A stretch of DNA of 32,000 nt. Origin: Wallemia ichthyophaga EXF-994 (taxonomy: Eukaryota; Fungi; Basidiomycota). A program made the translations under genes and the position numbers. The notes beneath the pieces were generated by a model. It did no database searches and was not told the origin of the DNA. It was given only the letters and a program-made list of their open reading frames with translations. The first letter of the stretch is position 1. Every line of letters begins with the position of its first letter. Below are positions 7,087 through 18,940 of the stretch, one piece after another. The stretch lies in the NCBI RefSeq assembly GCF_000400465.1, contig NW_008806277.1, positions 480,001 through 512,000 on the forward strand. The letters are read 5' to 3'.

Positions 7087-10000
7087 TCAATTCTGGGGCG
7101 AATGAGTGTAGAAGCTTTGGTATGATTGGGAGTGCATATCAGGGCTTCCAAACTGGTTGTGGTGGTTGTGATTATGATTTTGAGGCGAAGGTGTTAGATG
7201 GTGGGGGTACGAAGACTGGGGCGACATTTGTGAATACTGTGAGTACGGTGATTGAGGGGACATGGCCATAGGTTGCGAAGGGGACATTGTCATGTTCATG
7301 CTCATACTCTGAGAAGGACTGCGATGAACGCCTGCACCTGCAACTGCACCGCCTTGCTGCTGCTGGTGGTACTGCCACATGGACTGCTGGAAGGCTTGCT
7401 GCGCAGCCATCATCGCCTGGAAGAAGGCAGTCTAGGGGTGGAGTTAGAAAAATGAGAGGGAAGTGGTACGATACTTGCCTGATTACCCATTGCGCTTGGA
7501 TCCATTGGTGGCATGCCCTGCATACCTTGCATACCTTGCATACTACCAGGCGCACTTTGCGTGTTACTAGGGACACCCATCCCCATCGGCATCTGCATTC
7601 CCATTCCCATTGGCATCTGCATGCTCGGCATCATGTTCGGTATGCCCGGCGCGCTCTGCGTGTTTTGCATGTTTTGCATAGGAGGAGACATCTGCGGCGG
7701 AGGAGACATTTGACGCGTATGCGAGCGTGAATGTGAGTGTGCGTAAGGGTTAGGGTGAGGGTTAAATTGAGAGTGAGAGTGAGAGTGCGAATGGGAAGAC
7801 GAGAGTGAGCTAGGGTGGGGATACGCGCGATTATCCTGCACCCCATACACACTCCCCTCCCGGCCGAGCGGCGAATGAGGGAGTTGAGAGCCAGTGTGGG
7901 AAAGCGTGCGCGTGTGGCCTTGAGCGTGAGAGTGAGAGTGGGAGTGGCGGAGCGAAGGTGGTCTGCTGTACGACACGTGCGACGTATTGCTTCTAGCTAT
8001 GGGCGACACAGGCGAGCCTGCCTGAAGACTGGCTGGCTTAGGTGCGGGAGGAGCCGGAGGCGAGGGGGGAACTGGTGAGGAGAGAATTGGTGGTGGTCGC
8101 GAGGGCATGTGCGGCGTCCTTTCGTTATCTTCCACCTCCAATGGCTGAGTGCGGTTAAGGTACTGGTCTGATGTTGAGGCGTTTGCAGATGCGTTTAGTG
8201 ACGTCGGGTTGACATTCAGATCAAAATCAACATCTGTGTTTGCTTCGCCTCTACGTTTGCCACCTCCACCTTCGTCGTCGCTGTCGTAATCATCGTAATC
8301 CGAGTAGTCGTTGTATGTGTTCTGTGAGTACTTGGATGCAATAGAGCCGTCGTTATAAGCACTTTGCACGCTTTGTACGCTCGGCAAGCCTTCTGAATAG
8401 GGTGTATTGGGGATGGAGTAGTTTGTGTGGTTTTCGTAAGGCTGATGATTTGAGTAGCCTGAGTGATTCGTGTGGATTGGGTAAGGGATTACGTGTTGAT
8501 CGAAAGCCGCGCTATTGATGCTCTGGCGGGAGTGAGGGGCGTGTGAGTGTGAAACTGAGTGTGAGTGTGAAGGTGGAAGTAAACCACCGCCGTCATCAAG
8601 CTCATCACTATCACTCCCTCCTAGAGACAATTTGCGACGTAGCTCCTGTGCAGCGCGCGCAGTCTGTTCTTCTACACTTCCCGTGCCATTAGTCCCAGTA
8701 CTGGCAGGCGTTTGGAGCGATCCTGTTGAGATGGAACTGAAGGGTGTTCTGACGCCAGCCTCACGATCGTGAGCTCCCGCGCCCGTGTCCACTACTTGAG
8801 CAAATTGACCAGATTGACCAACGTCACCCTCAAGTTCATCCCTCTCAATTTCACCCCCGTTCTCGCTCTCGCTCTCGCTCACCCGATCGCGCGCAAAGAC
8901 ACCATGGAAACTGGGAATGGCTGTGGAGGCGGTTGATTTGCTGCCTGTGTTGTGCATATTTCCTGCTTCTGCACTGCCCACGTCGCCATAAACTTGTCCA
9001 CCTTCACCCATGCCAATTGGCCCGAGGGGCTCAATCCGTGGGAGGCTGGGGGAGGTGTCCGTATGCAAGGTATTGTTGTGTGTGTTACGTTTGTTGCTTG
9101 TGTAGCTTCTGTAGCTATGATAGCTCCTATTTTCTGGTAAGAGCGTGTCATTTTCGCTATCCCTAGTGTGCTCCTTGAGGCTGTGTTCGCTCGCACCGCT
9201 GTGTCCAGCCAGCAGGGGTTCACTGAATGCATTGACACCGTCAACGCCGTTACCGCCTGCGCCAATAGAGGGAATGCTAGGTGGGCGGGCCAACCTAGTC
9301 TTCATCTTATCCGGCGACACTTGCCCGCCTGGTTGCAGTGAGACAGGGCGGGTAGATGGAACGCCGTCGCTGCTGTCGTCGCTGGCCGCTTTGCCCCTGT
9401 TTCCTTGCTGCGATGGCGGCAGCATGCGATCGTGCAGGATCGCGAGCAGGTTCGAACGTACCTTGAACCCCCTCTTCTCATGCACATCCGCCCCACGCGC
9501 CAGATCCATGTCGAGAAACAGCCGTCCACGCTGTGGGCCGATTGGGTAGGCGAAAAAGAGCGAGCGCGGATCGCGCGGGTCGAAGCTGTACGCCTTAGGT
9601 CGGCCGTACAAGTGGAAGCTGTCGTGTATCCCGACCAGCCAGTTCAACATCTCGCTCCAGGTGTGCGAGGAGGACATGCTTGAGGTGGCACTAGAGTTGG
9701 TGTTGGTTAAACTGCTCCCCGTGCTGCTGCGCGCTTTGCTCTTGCGCTTTTCACCGACATCCGGCATGAGCAGACACCACCCATCTTCGCGCTGCACTGA
9801 CTGGCCTAGCTGGTCTACGTAGCCATTCTCCTCTCCATTTTCCAATCTGCCGTCTATCTTCATCAGCCCCGAGTGCGAAATTAGCTCCGTGCGTTCGGGA
9901 AATATCGCATAGGCTTGCGTGGCGAGAGTCATGGTGTAGATGGGTCTTGTGCTGCTCTTAACGTTCTTCTGGGCGTAAAAGGATGCGATGGCGCTGTAGT

Positions 10001-10948
10001 TAGGCGGTGAGGGAAAAGCGTGTCTGTGTGAGTGAGACTGTGAGCTGGTGGCAGTGTTTGAATTTGATCCACCGAAGAAGGATTTCTTCCGCTCAGAGGG
10101 ACGGTAATTGGTTAACACAAGCCAGTATCGCTGCCACTTGGCTGTGCCACTGAAACGAACCTTGACCCACCCCTCCATCTTGCCCTTTACGAGCGGGGAG
10201 TGAGGTTCTATGAAGGGCTGTCTGCCGGAGTTGCCGGGCAAGTTGCTTCTCTGGAGGATGCGCAGGAGGTGTCCTGTGTAGAGCTCTTCCAACCGCTTCT
10301 TCTCCCAGGCCGAGAGACGAATAGCAGTGACGACTGTGTGCAGCGTGTGCTTGTCCTGCGCCACGTACTCCTGTCTGTTCAGACCGGCGTAGTTGAGCGC
10401 AAAGACGTGATCGACGGTGCGCTGGTACTCGGGGGGCGGCACGGCGACGAGAATGCTTCCGACGAGTTCAGTGTGGCTGTCTGAGATGTTGATGTCTATA
10501 TAGATGTTAGATGTGCTATTGAACTGCCTAAAAATCAAATAAAGCACCCACAATTCGGCGGAATCGCTTGACCTGCAGCGGCAGCCGACTCCATACCCTT
10601 GCGCATCCACACATTGAGGACATTACCAATCAACTTGACGAACACTCCCTGCAGCTCACCGCGGCTGTCGCCCGTCTTGAGTGGCTTCCCGTCGGCGTTC
10701 TGCACCGTACGCTGGGCGAGATAGCCACTGAAATACACCTTGCGCGAGTGGGCGTGTACTAGCGTTAGCAGCGGCTGTAGCTCGCCCGTTGGTGCATTAC
10801 GCGATTCAACATCGAGATGACTTCCAAACGATTCGTTGGGCTCTGCGTCTGCGGATGCTACACGTCGATGGTGCGTGTCTGGCGCGTCTGTTATATCGGC
10901 AGATGTCGTTTTCGTCGGCATCAGCGAGAACCGTTTCGATTTATCCAT
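7087..10948 (-). CDS. Skg3/Caf120-like PH-domain protein with a long low-complexity S/H/P/Q/M-rich C-terminus, 3 exons
   Basis: N-terminal PH-like KVYFSGYL...VFVKLIGNVLNVW, then WVKVRFSGTAKWQRYWLVL and QAYAIFPER...LMKIDG motifs recalled from the Skg3/Caf120 family. Introns at 10496-10551 (GT-AG) and 7432-7478 (GC-AG). Confidence 0.8.
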
Positions 10949-11744
10949 CTCGCCGTGGTGAGTGTGAGCGCGTAAGAGGGGAGATGGGAGATGGCGCGTT
11001 GAGAAGGGTTGAGATGTTGGAAGAGCAGTGCAAAGTATTTGGCGGTTATTGTGAGAATATTAAGAGCAGTTTATAGGCGTGGTGGTTTGTGGTGGCTTGG
11101 GGTGATCTGCACAGCATATTTACAGACTGACAGCGTGGGCCGAAATTGAGTTTGGATTGTGCTCCAGAAAAGCTGCCGAGAATGGAGGAAGTCTGTCGCT
11201 CGGACCCAATTCCAGGCACGGCAGGTGAAACAATGAGTATATTGAATGACTCTATAAGTACTGCAATCAAGCCGATAACAATGCGTCCGAGTATTCATCT
11301 ATGCGCCATACATCTAAACATACACCTGCTAGAGGTGAATGTATCGGTGGATGATGATTACCGAACAATTGTCTTGTGAGCGATAGACACGGCAAAGGCG
11401 CAGAAGGAGCACAAGTAAGTTAACTTGGAGGAAAATGGGAAACACTGGGCACGAGGAGCACAAGTATCACAAGAATCAAAGGTATCACGCACTGCTACGC
11501 CCTCTCTAGCAAGAAAGCTACGTGATGTAACTGCCCGTAATCCTACTCGCCTTCAACAAACATGGCATGGGCGTACACGGGGTGATAACGACTAGATTCT
11601 TCGTCAGCATCACACTCCTAGCTACCGCGTTCGTCGTGCTTGTACACCATGTAAAGATGAACAAGGCAGCAATCTCAGCCTCAGTTTTAATTCCATATGT
11701 CTAGATATGTAGATGTCTTGCAGTCTTGTGACATGAGCTGCGAG

Positions 11745-11800
11745 CTTTGACTTGATTTGACCTGATTTGACCTGATTTGAGATGATTTGAGATGATTTGC
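11745..11800. repeat. Minisatellite, five 10-bp units NNTGATTTGA
   Basis: cttgatttga cctgatttga cctgatttga gatgatttga gatgatttgc. Confidence 0.85.
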
Positions 11801-12272
11801 CAGGCTATTTATACCTGAGATGCACACTACTATGCATCACATAATGTGATCACGTAATTTAGTAATTTGATTGCTTACTTAGTTGCAGACGATCGACGAC
11901 CACCGATCACCCATCACGCACGCCAGAAACGGGGTACGTCAACCTCACCACGCTCTCCCTACTCACAAGGACACCATCAAGAGAATGCGCTTCAAGGTAC
12001 CACTCTGCTTTGTGGATCTGGTGGTTGTGCTTTGTGAGAGACGCAGAGATGCCCCATACTCAATCACGGTCTTCTACGTCGGCTACATCGACCCTAAAGG
12101 TGATCTGTATGGATGGCAAGTGCAGGAGTCTCCAAGATGGGATGGGAAACACAGCGATACGCAGCGAGATGAGCGAGTGTAATGATGGCTTGGATTAATG
12201 CTACATGGGCTTCTATATAGTAGTAGTTGTAGTGTTGATGGTGATTTTGATGATTTTGGTAAGACAACGCCG

Positions 12273-13416
12273 TCACGACCGTTGATAGCAAGCGTAGGCG
12301 ACTGTGCATGAAGAGAATGAGCGTGATTGTCCAACAAATTGCCTCCCACTCACGATCATAACCCGAGAATTCATAATTGATGCGATCAGTGCGGGTGTAA
12401 TTCTCGAGGAGGCTGTTGGAGAATTCGTTTGAGGGCTTGATATCGATTTCCTCGTTCTCGCCCACACCCACGAACAGGGTAGAAGAGAGCTTACCCGGGT
12501 TGAAAATATGCACGACGCGCTGAATGAGATGGCGCAATTCATTGCTGCTCGCATAGCTGGCATTAGTTTCAAAAGATGCATAGCTGATGCCGTCTTCGGG
12601 CGTGACGTGTATCGTGAAATAACGATCACTGCTGTGTGAGTCGGACCAGGTAGCGTTGGCTGAGTAACCACACGGGGTGAATAAAAACGCGTCGAGCGCT
12701 ATATTGGGAAAGAGAGTGGAGATACCCAGACTGTCTGAGAGACGTTTACCCGCTTCGTGGCCAGTTATGTTCAAGTCGCTGAGAAAGAAAGCGCGACAAT
12801 TGTCTGGATGGAGGTTTGTCATAAGAATTTCGAGGGTTATGTCAGGAGAAGACAAGTGTGGGGTTCTGCTAAGAGCCTTTTCATCGTGCTCATCATGCTT
12901 GCTGGACATATAGAGCAGCCAGTGATCACCATTCATTCTGCCAACAGTGTAGGCAGAGCCAGGGCCAAAGAACTTGTCGAGAACTTGGACCTCCTGCTGC
13001 CAGTGTCTGTGAGGGCCTCTCTGGCGCTCGGGGAACATGAAAGCCTTGCGAGAGTAAAAGACATGTTTTGGGTTCAGGCCACAGCGATCCTTGGCAATAT
13101 CAAGAATTCTCTCCAAACCAAGCAGCAGAGTGGTTGTGCCGCATGTCTTGAGGATAAGGCGATGAGGAGCGATGAAGAGGGAAGACTCGGAGAGGAGATA
13201 AGCGTCGATGGAGTCACCGATAATAACGCTGAGAATCTGACAGTTGACTAGCTGCAGCATATTCTCCCACTCGCTTCTGCTGACTTTACGCAAGCCACCG
13301 TCACCACGGAAAGCCCCACAATCAAACCAAATCTCTAGCAGCTTCTCTGGTCCTTCGAATGGCCCACTGGCATCATCTTCCTGCTCATGAATTATTTTCG
13401 TCGTCGTCGTCGTCAT
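12273..13416 (-). CDS. SPE2: S-adenosylmethionine decarboxylase proenzyme, 2 exons
   Basis: FEGPEKLLEIWF, YLLSESSLF (E/S self-cleavage site), KTCGTT, PCGYSAN and TIHVTPE motifs. Intron 12302-12353 restores the C-terminus FSGYDLAYACYQRS*. Confidence 0.96.
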
Positions 13417-13520
13417 TTACTGAGTCGAGTGAATTTCTATTTAAACGACTTTGGCGGGATTTCTCCTCACACAACAACCACCACCACCAAACGCGCGGAT
13501 ACACGCGTTTTAAATATAAA

Positions 13521-15035
13521 ATGGGTTTGGCAAGGACACCGCCCAAGATGCAATTCGGGAATAAGCTCGAGGATATCCAGGAGGTGGATGGTGTGGATGA
13601 GGGGGGTGTGGTTGCAGGTGCTGTTAATGACATTGCCGCGGATGCCATTGCTGCTGACGCCATTGCCGCCGATCCAATCACCGTTGAGCCCATTGCTCAT
13701 GATTCTGCTCAATCAGACACCATCTCCCATCTCAACCGCCAAATCGCAATGCTGTCGACGCGCAACCGCGAACTTCATCAATCAAAACAACAGCTGCAAA
13801 TTAGAGTAGAAGACATGCTCACGCAGCACGACCAAGAACGCGTCGCAATGGTTGCACACGTGACGCGTCAGAGAGAAGCACACAAGAGCACTCTCTCGAA
13901 ATGGAAGGAGGAGCTAGCAATCCAGACTGCGAACCGGGAAGAAATGGAGAGACGCTATCTTGCCTCAGAAGATGACCTAGACAAGGCGTACGAGCAGATA
14001 GATGGTTTGATTGAGAGAGTCACTCAAGCTGAGAATGCGCTGAATAATGCACACAGTACGCATGCACGTGCCATTGAAAAACACACATCAGAATACAATG
14101 CACTCGCCGATAAACGCAAACATGATAAAGAGAAAGAGAGAGAAAATGAGCGTCGCTCCCTCCGCTATGAGGCCAAGATAGATACTCTTAATGCAGATAT
14201 TGCCAGTCTGAAGAGGGAAGCGGACGCGGCGAGAGAAGACCAGGTTGAGCTGGAGCAGGCGGACGAGACCATTTCCGAGCTCAGACGCTCTCTCGACAAG
14301 GCCCAGAAGGAAATGCGCGAATTGAAGGCGAGCAAGTCGACTAAATCGAGCAAAGTGGAGAGAGCTCTCGAACGTAAACTGGACGCATCCGAGAGCGAGC
14401 TCGATGCACTCCGTTCTGAGCTAAAGAGTGTGGAAAGGAGCGTGGAGAAACGCGTCAAGAAGGAGATGGCGGAGCTTAGTGAAACTAGCGAAGGCGAGGT
14501 GAAGACACTTCAAAAACAACTCAGCAAGCACAAGGAGAAAACTACAATCATCCTTGCTGATCTGAAAGAGTCAGAGCGGAATCGTACCCGCGTCGAGAAG
14601 GAGCTCCTACATTTGCAGGACGGAGCTCAGCTTGCGGAAATGCACTCCGAACGCGCCGATAAAGCCGAGCGACGCGTTAAAAAACTCGAGAATGCACTAG
14701 ACGAGATGAAACGTGCTTCAAAGAAACCAAGACGTGCATCTTCGTCGGGTGATGAAAACGACCACAACGGTCACTCTAAACCCGTTCCCAAACTTAGGAA
14801 ACGCAAGGCGGAGAGTGAGAACGAAGACGACGACGCACCCAAGCCACAGCGCAGCGCAAAGAATGTCGAGAAAAAGACTAAAAAGAAGATTAACATATTC
14901 GGTAACGGACCTGCACAGCCGCAGAAAGGTAGCGATGGAGGTGTATTTGGTATACCGGATGTACTCTCGCCGGTGAAGGGTAAGTCATCGGGTGGGAGGA
15001 GCGTTGGAGGCGTCGGAAGAGGTCCATTTGGATGA
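13521..15035 (+). CDS. Long coiled-coil protein of unknown function
   Basis: Single 504-codon ORF from ATG 13521, with an E/K/R/L heptad-rich core, a basic NLS-like C-terminal region and an LSPVK end. The ORF-track start at 13359 overlaps SPE2 and is unlikely. Confidence 0.75.
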   Translation: MGLARTPPKMQFGNKLEDIQEVDGVDEGGVVAGAVNDIAADAIAADAIAADPITVEPIAHDSAQSDTISHLNRQIAMLSTRNRELHQSKQQLQIRVEDMLTQHDQERVAMVAHVTRQREAHKSTLSKWKEELAIQTANREEMERRYLASEDDLDKAYEQIDGLIERVTQAENALNNAHSTHARAIEKHTSEYNALADKRKHDKEKERENERRSLRYEAKIDTLNADIASLKREADAAREDQVELEQADETISELRRSLDKAQKEMRELKASKSTKSSKVERALERKLDASESELDALRSELKSVERSVEKRVKKEMAELSETSEGEVKTLQKQLSKHKEKTTIILADLKESERNRTRVEKELLHLQDGAQLAEMHSERADKAERRVKKLENALDEMKRASKKPRRASSSGDENDHNGHSKPVPKLRKRKAESENEDDDAPKPQRSAKNVEKKTKKKINIFGNGPAQPQKGSDGGVFGIPDVLSPVKGKSSGGRSVGGVGRGPFG

Positions 15036-15205
15036 GCGAATCACACCAATTAATATATATATATAGTTTAATTCTGTTGTATCTTGTGTATCAATATTAG
15101 TGCGTTAGATGTTTTGTGAAAATTTGTACAGGCAGCAAAGAAAGGTAGCAAAACAAGGCGAAAAGAAGGCAAATATTGCTTATCTATAGAAAAAACTTAT
15201 AAGTA

Positions 15206-16141
15206 CTAACTCTCATCGACTTTAACACCCTTCCAGACAGAAGCAACACCAAGAGTGAGATCTCTATAACCGCGTTTGTTAGGAAGATGAAAACCAGCGT
15301 CCCGGAGCATGTTAGCGAACGTAGGCTGATCAGGAAAGCGTTCAATAGATTCAACGAGGTATTGGTACGATTCTCTATCGCCAGCGACGAGGTGGCCAAT
15401 AGCAGGGATCAAGTTGAACGAGTAAGTGGAGTAGAGGGAAGCGAGGAGAGGCTGAGACACTTTACCAAATTCTAACACAGCGAAAACACCGCCTGGTTTG
15501 AGCACACGATGGGCTTCGCGTATGACAGTGTCAATGTGTGTGCAATTCCTTATACCAAAAGCGATAGTGTAAAGGTCGACAGAGTTGGAGGGGATGTTCT
15601 CGAGACACTCTGCATTGGCTAGCTTGAACTTTATCTGGTCAGTGTTGAAGTAGAAGGATTTACGAGCACGTTTTTCACCCTCAGCGAGCATCTGTGGATT
15701 AACATCCATCACTGTGACATTTACACTCCTGTCAGCGTGCTTGTCTTTGGCATGGTCGAGTATTCTGTGGGCAATGTCGCCAGTACCGCCAGCCATATCG
15801 ATGCAGTTGAGACCGGTGCCGCCGAATTTACGGGCGTATTCCTCAGTAACGCCGGCTTCGGAGATAGTCTTTATAGAGTGGGGGTTGAGTGAGCCGACAA
15901 AGTCATCCTTCCAAAGCCTGTGAATGCCAAAGGACATGACGTCGTTCATAATATCATAAGCAGGCGCAACGGAGGAGAAGACATTTGAGACTAAATCCTC
16001 CTTCTTATCCTGATCAACGGATTTAAATCCGAAATGAGTTTTGTTTGAGTGGTTTCTGATCTGTGTGGTGACTGCTATTGGCGTGTAGATTGACTTATTC
16101 AATAATTTTAATTTTGAAATTCCACGCGTCATTGAGGACAT
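15206..16141 (-). CDS. COQ5: Ubiquinone biosynthesis C-methyltransferase (UbiE family), mitochondrial
   Basis: THFGFKSV, VFSSVAPAYDIMNDVMSFGIHRLWKD, DMAGGTGD, YTIAFGIRN and YLVESIERFP motifs. Presequence-like N-terminus. Confidence 0.96.
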   Translation of the reverse strand: MSSMTRGISKLKLLNKSIYTPIAVTTQIRNHSNKTHFGFKSVDQDKKEDLVSNVFSSVAPAYDIMNDVMSFGIHRLWKDDFVGSLNPHSIKTISEAGVTEEYARKFGGTGLNCIDMAGGTGDIAHRILDHAKDKHADRSVNVTVMDVNPQMLAEGEKRARKSFYFNTDQIKFKLANAECLENIPSNSVDLYTIAFGIRNCTHIDTVIREAHRVLKPGGVFAVLEFGKVSQPLLASLYSTYSFNLIPAIGHLVAGDRESYQYLVESIERFPDQPTFANMLRDAGFHLPNKRGYRDLTLGVASVWKGVKVDES

Positions 16142-16199
16142 GATGGTTGTCGTGGTTCAGGCGTATAACATTCTTGAACCAGAACGTCCACCATCTAAT

Positions 16200-18590
16200 A
16201 TGTCATCTTGGTCTTCAAAGCCTGTTAACAAGAATGAGCAGATCTCAGTTCCACCTGCGAGTGACTTGAAATCTACTTGGGCGTTTCTACAAGATGGAAT
16301 TGAGCAGATAATGACTAGACTGAGAGATGGAATGACGTATTCCAAGTATATGAGCTTATATACGACATCATATAACTACTGTACAAGCTCAAGAATGAAT
16401 ACAGCCACTGAACCACTTGGTACCGGTAGAACTGCAGGTGCCAATCTAATGGGCTCTGATTTATACTCAAATCTAATAAAATACTTGACAAGCCACCTGA
16501 AGCAAGTCAAGGAGCTCTCAGATCCTCTTTATGACTTGCAGCTTCTCCAATTCTATGCCGCTGAATGGGATAGATTCACGACCGCTGCTTCTTACGTCGA
16601 TCGCTTATTCTCTTACCTCAACAAACACTGGGTTAAACGTGAGAAGGATGAAGGTAGAAAGAACGTTTATAACGTCTACACTTTAGCCCTCGTTCAGTGG
16701 AGATCTTGCTTCTTTTTACCCATTCAAGACCAGCACTCTAAGCTCATTTCCGCACTCTTAAAGCAAATTGAAAAACAAAGAAACGGTGAGACTGTCGAAA
16801 CCACGCTCATAAAAAAGGTTATCGAATCTTTAGTCTCTCTCGGCCTAGATGAGGTTGACAGTAGCAAGCAAAATTTAGATATATACCAAGATCATTTTGA
16901 ATCGCCTTTCATTCAATCCACTCTTCTTTACTATAAATCTCTTTCTGACGCTTTCGTTGCTGCTAATAGCGTCACAGATTACCTTAAAATGTCTCAAGAT
17001 AGGCTAGCTGAGGAGGAAGCACGCGTTGATGTCTACCTCCACGCTTCATCAAGGAAATCTCTCATCGGTGCATGTGAAAAAGCTCTCGTTTCCGATCACA
17101 TTGATATTATCAAACATGAATTTGTTCATCTCCTAGAATTCGATAAGGAGGATGACCTTTATCGCATCTACACCCTCCTAGCACGTGTAGACGCTCTCGA
17201 TTTCCTTCGTAAGAAGTTCGAAGATCACGTCAAGCGTACTGGCTTGGCTGCTATTGAAAAGGTTTATGGTAATGCCGAGGCTTCCAAACAAGGCCCTAAG
17301 AAGGAGTCCGACAAGGGTGACCTCGATCCTAAAGCTTACGTTGATGCTTTACTCGACGTACATACAAAGTGTTCTCTTACCGTCAAGAATGCTTTTAAAG
17401 CCGAGTCTGGTTTTTCTGCTGCACTCGATAAGGCTTGCAGAGAGGTCGTTAACAGAAACGCTGCTACTGGTACATCCACCACTAAATCTCCCGAGCTTAT
17501 CGCTAAACACTCCGACTCTCTTCTTAAGAAGGGTAACAAGCAAACTGAAGAGGCTGAGCTTGAAGATGCCCTCAACCAGGTCATGACCCTGTTCAAGTAT
17601 ATAGAAGACAAGGATGTATTCCAGAAATTCTACACCAAAATGCTCGCCAAGCGATTGGTCAGTGGACTTTCAGCATCCGATGATGGTGAGTCATCTATGA
17701 TAGGCAAGCTGAAAGATGCATGTGGATTCGAATACACGAATAAGCTGCAGAGGATGTTCACGGACATCAGTATATCAAAAGAGCTGACAAATTCGTTCAA
17801 CGAGCGCATGACGCAGACACACGACGCGTCTGAACTAGCAGTCGATTTTGATGTTAAAGTGCTAGCAACCAATTTCTGGCCGATGAACCCACCCAACACG
17901 CAATTCAACATGCCAGCGGAGCTCCAACCGACGTACGAGCGGTTCAACAAGTACTACAACAGCCAGCACTCTGGCCGGAAGCTGACGTGGCTATACAATA
18001 CATCTAAGAACGAGCTCAAGACAACACACCTCAGCCAGCCATATATTTTCCTCTGCTCTACATTCCAGCTCGCGATACTGGTGCAGTACAACGAACACGA
18101 CTCGCTCCGCTACGATGAACTCAAGGCCGCTACTAACTTGAACGACAACTTGCTCAAACAGACGCTGGCTACACTCGTCAAATCTAAAGTCCTCCTGCAG
18201 GACGAAGACACTTACGATCTCAACTTTAACTTTAAGAGTAAGAAAATTCGCGTGCAGCTCAACCAACCTATCAAGGCGGACGTTAAGCAGGAGTCGAGCG
18301 ATGTGCTAAAGACGGTGGACGAGGACCGCAAATTTGAAATTCAAGCTGCGGTAGTGAGAATTATGAAGGCGAGAAAGACGCTTAAATACCAGAATCTCAT
18401 CCAAGAAGTCATTTCCATTGTTCAGTCGAGATTCTCTCCCAAGGTGTCTGATATAAAGAAGGTGAGACGTGGTGTGGTATGTGAGTAAAATTAGCTAACA
18501 CGATCTCAGGCTATTGAAGCATTGCTCGAAAAAGATTACCTCGAGCGGAATCTCGAAGCTGGACGAGACGTCTTCAACTATGTGGCCTGA
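16200..18590 (+). CDS. CUL1: Cullin-1 (SCF scaffold, Cdc53 orthologue), 2 exons
   Basis: YLNKHWVKRE, DKDVFQKFYTKMLAKRL, CGFEYTNKLQRMF, GRKLTWL and the neddylation motif IVRIMKARK. Intron 18462-18509 gives the end AIEALLEKDYLER...FNYVA*. Confidence 0.96.
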
Positions 18591-18940
18591 TGGGATGGTG
18601 ATCGTGATTGGCGTGGTACTGTTGTTAGTGGTGATTACATGTTGATCATTGTTGTTATCGTTTTCGTCTTTTCACTGACACTAGCGCTCGAACTTAATCA
18701 AATTAAGGTCACACTCACATCTGTACTCCCCTGCATCGTCAACTCATGCCTACCACACCCACAGCCACTCCAACTCTAACTCTCAACCATCTTTCTCTCC
18801 TTGTAACTCCTCAATGAAATAAAATTGCATTAATCTGGGTTTAAAAAGGGGGTTCATTGTTTACTCCCGTACGCACCTTGATTGACGTCATTTTCCCACC
18901 CTTTGATTTCAAAGCTTGAAGGTACGATAATCGCTGGACG

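Noticed and set aside
7172-10762. Many short ORFs overlapping the PH gene (and similar ones over other genes)
   Set aside because: These are shadow frames from low-complexity or GC-rich coding sequence. The (GAGAGT)n tracts simply encode Ser-His repeats.
13490-13510. MCB-like ACGCGT in short promoters (also 16124 and 26825)
   Set aside because: ACGCGT occurs more than ten times in the window, mostly inside coding sequence, so there is no evident enrichment.
13359-13520. N-terminal extension of the coiled-coil ORF
   Set aside because: It overlaps the SPE2 start antisense. ATG 13521 has a better A-rich context.
16140-16199. ORF-track start for cullin at 16140
   Set aside because: It overlaps the COQ5 ATG. 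MSSW at 16200 is the more plausible start.
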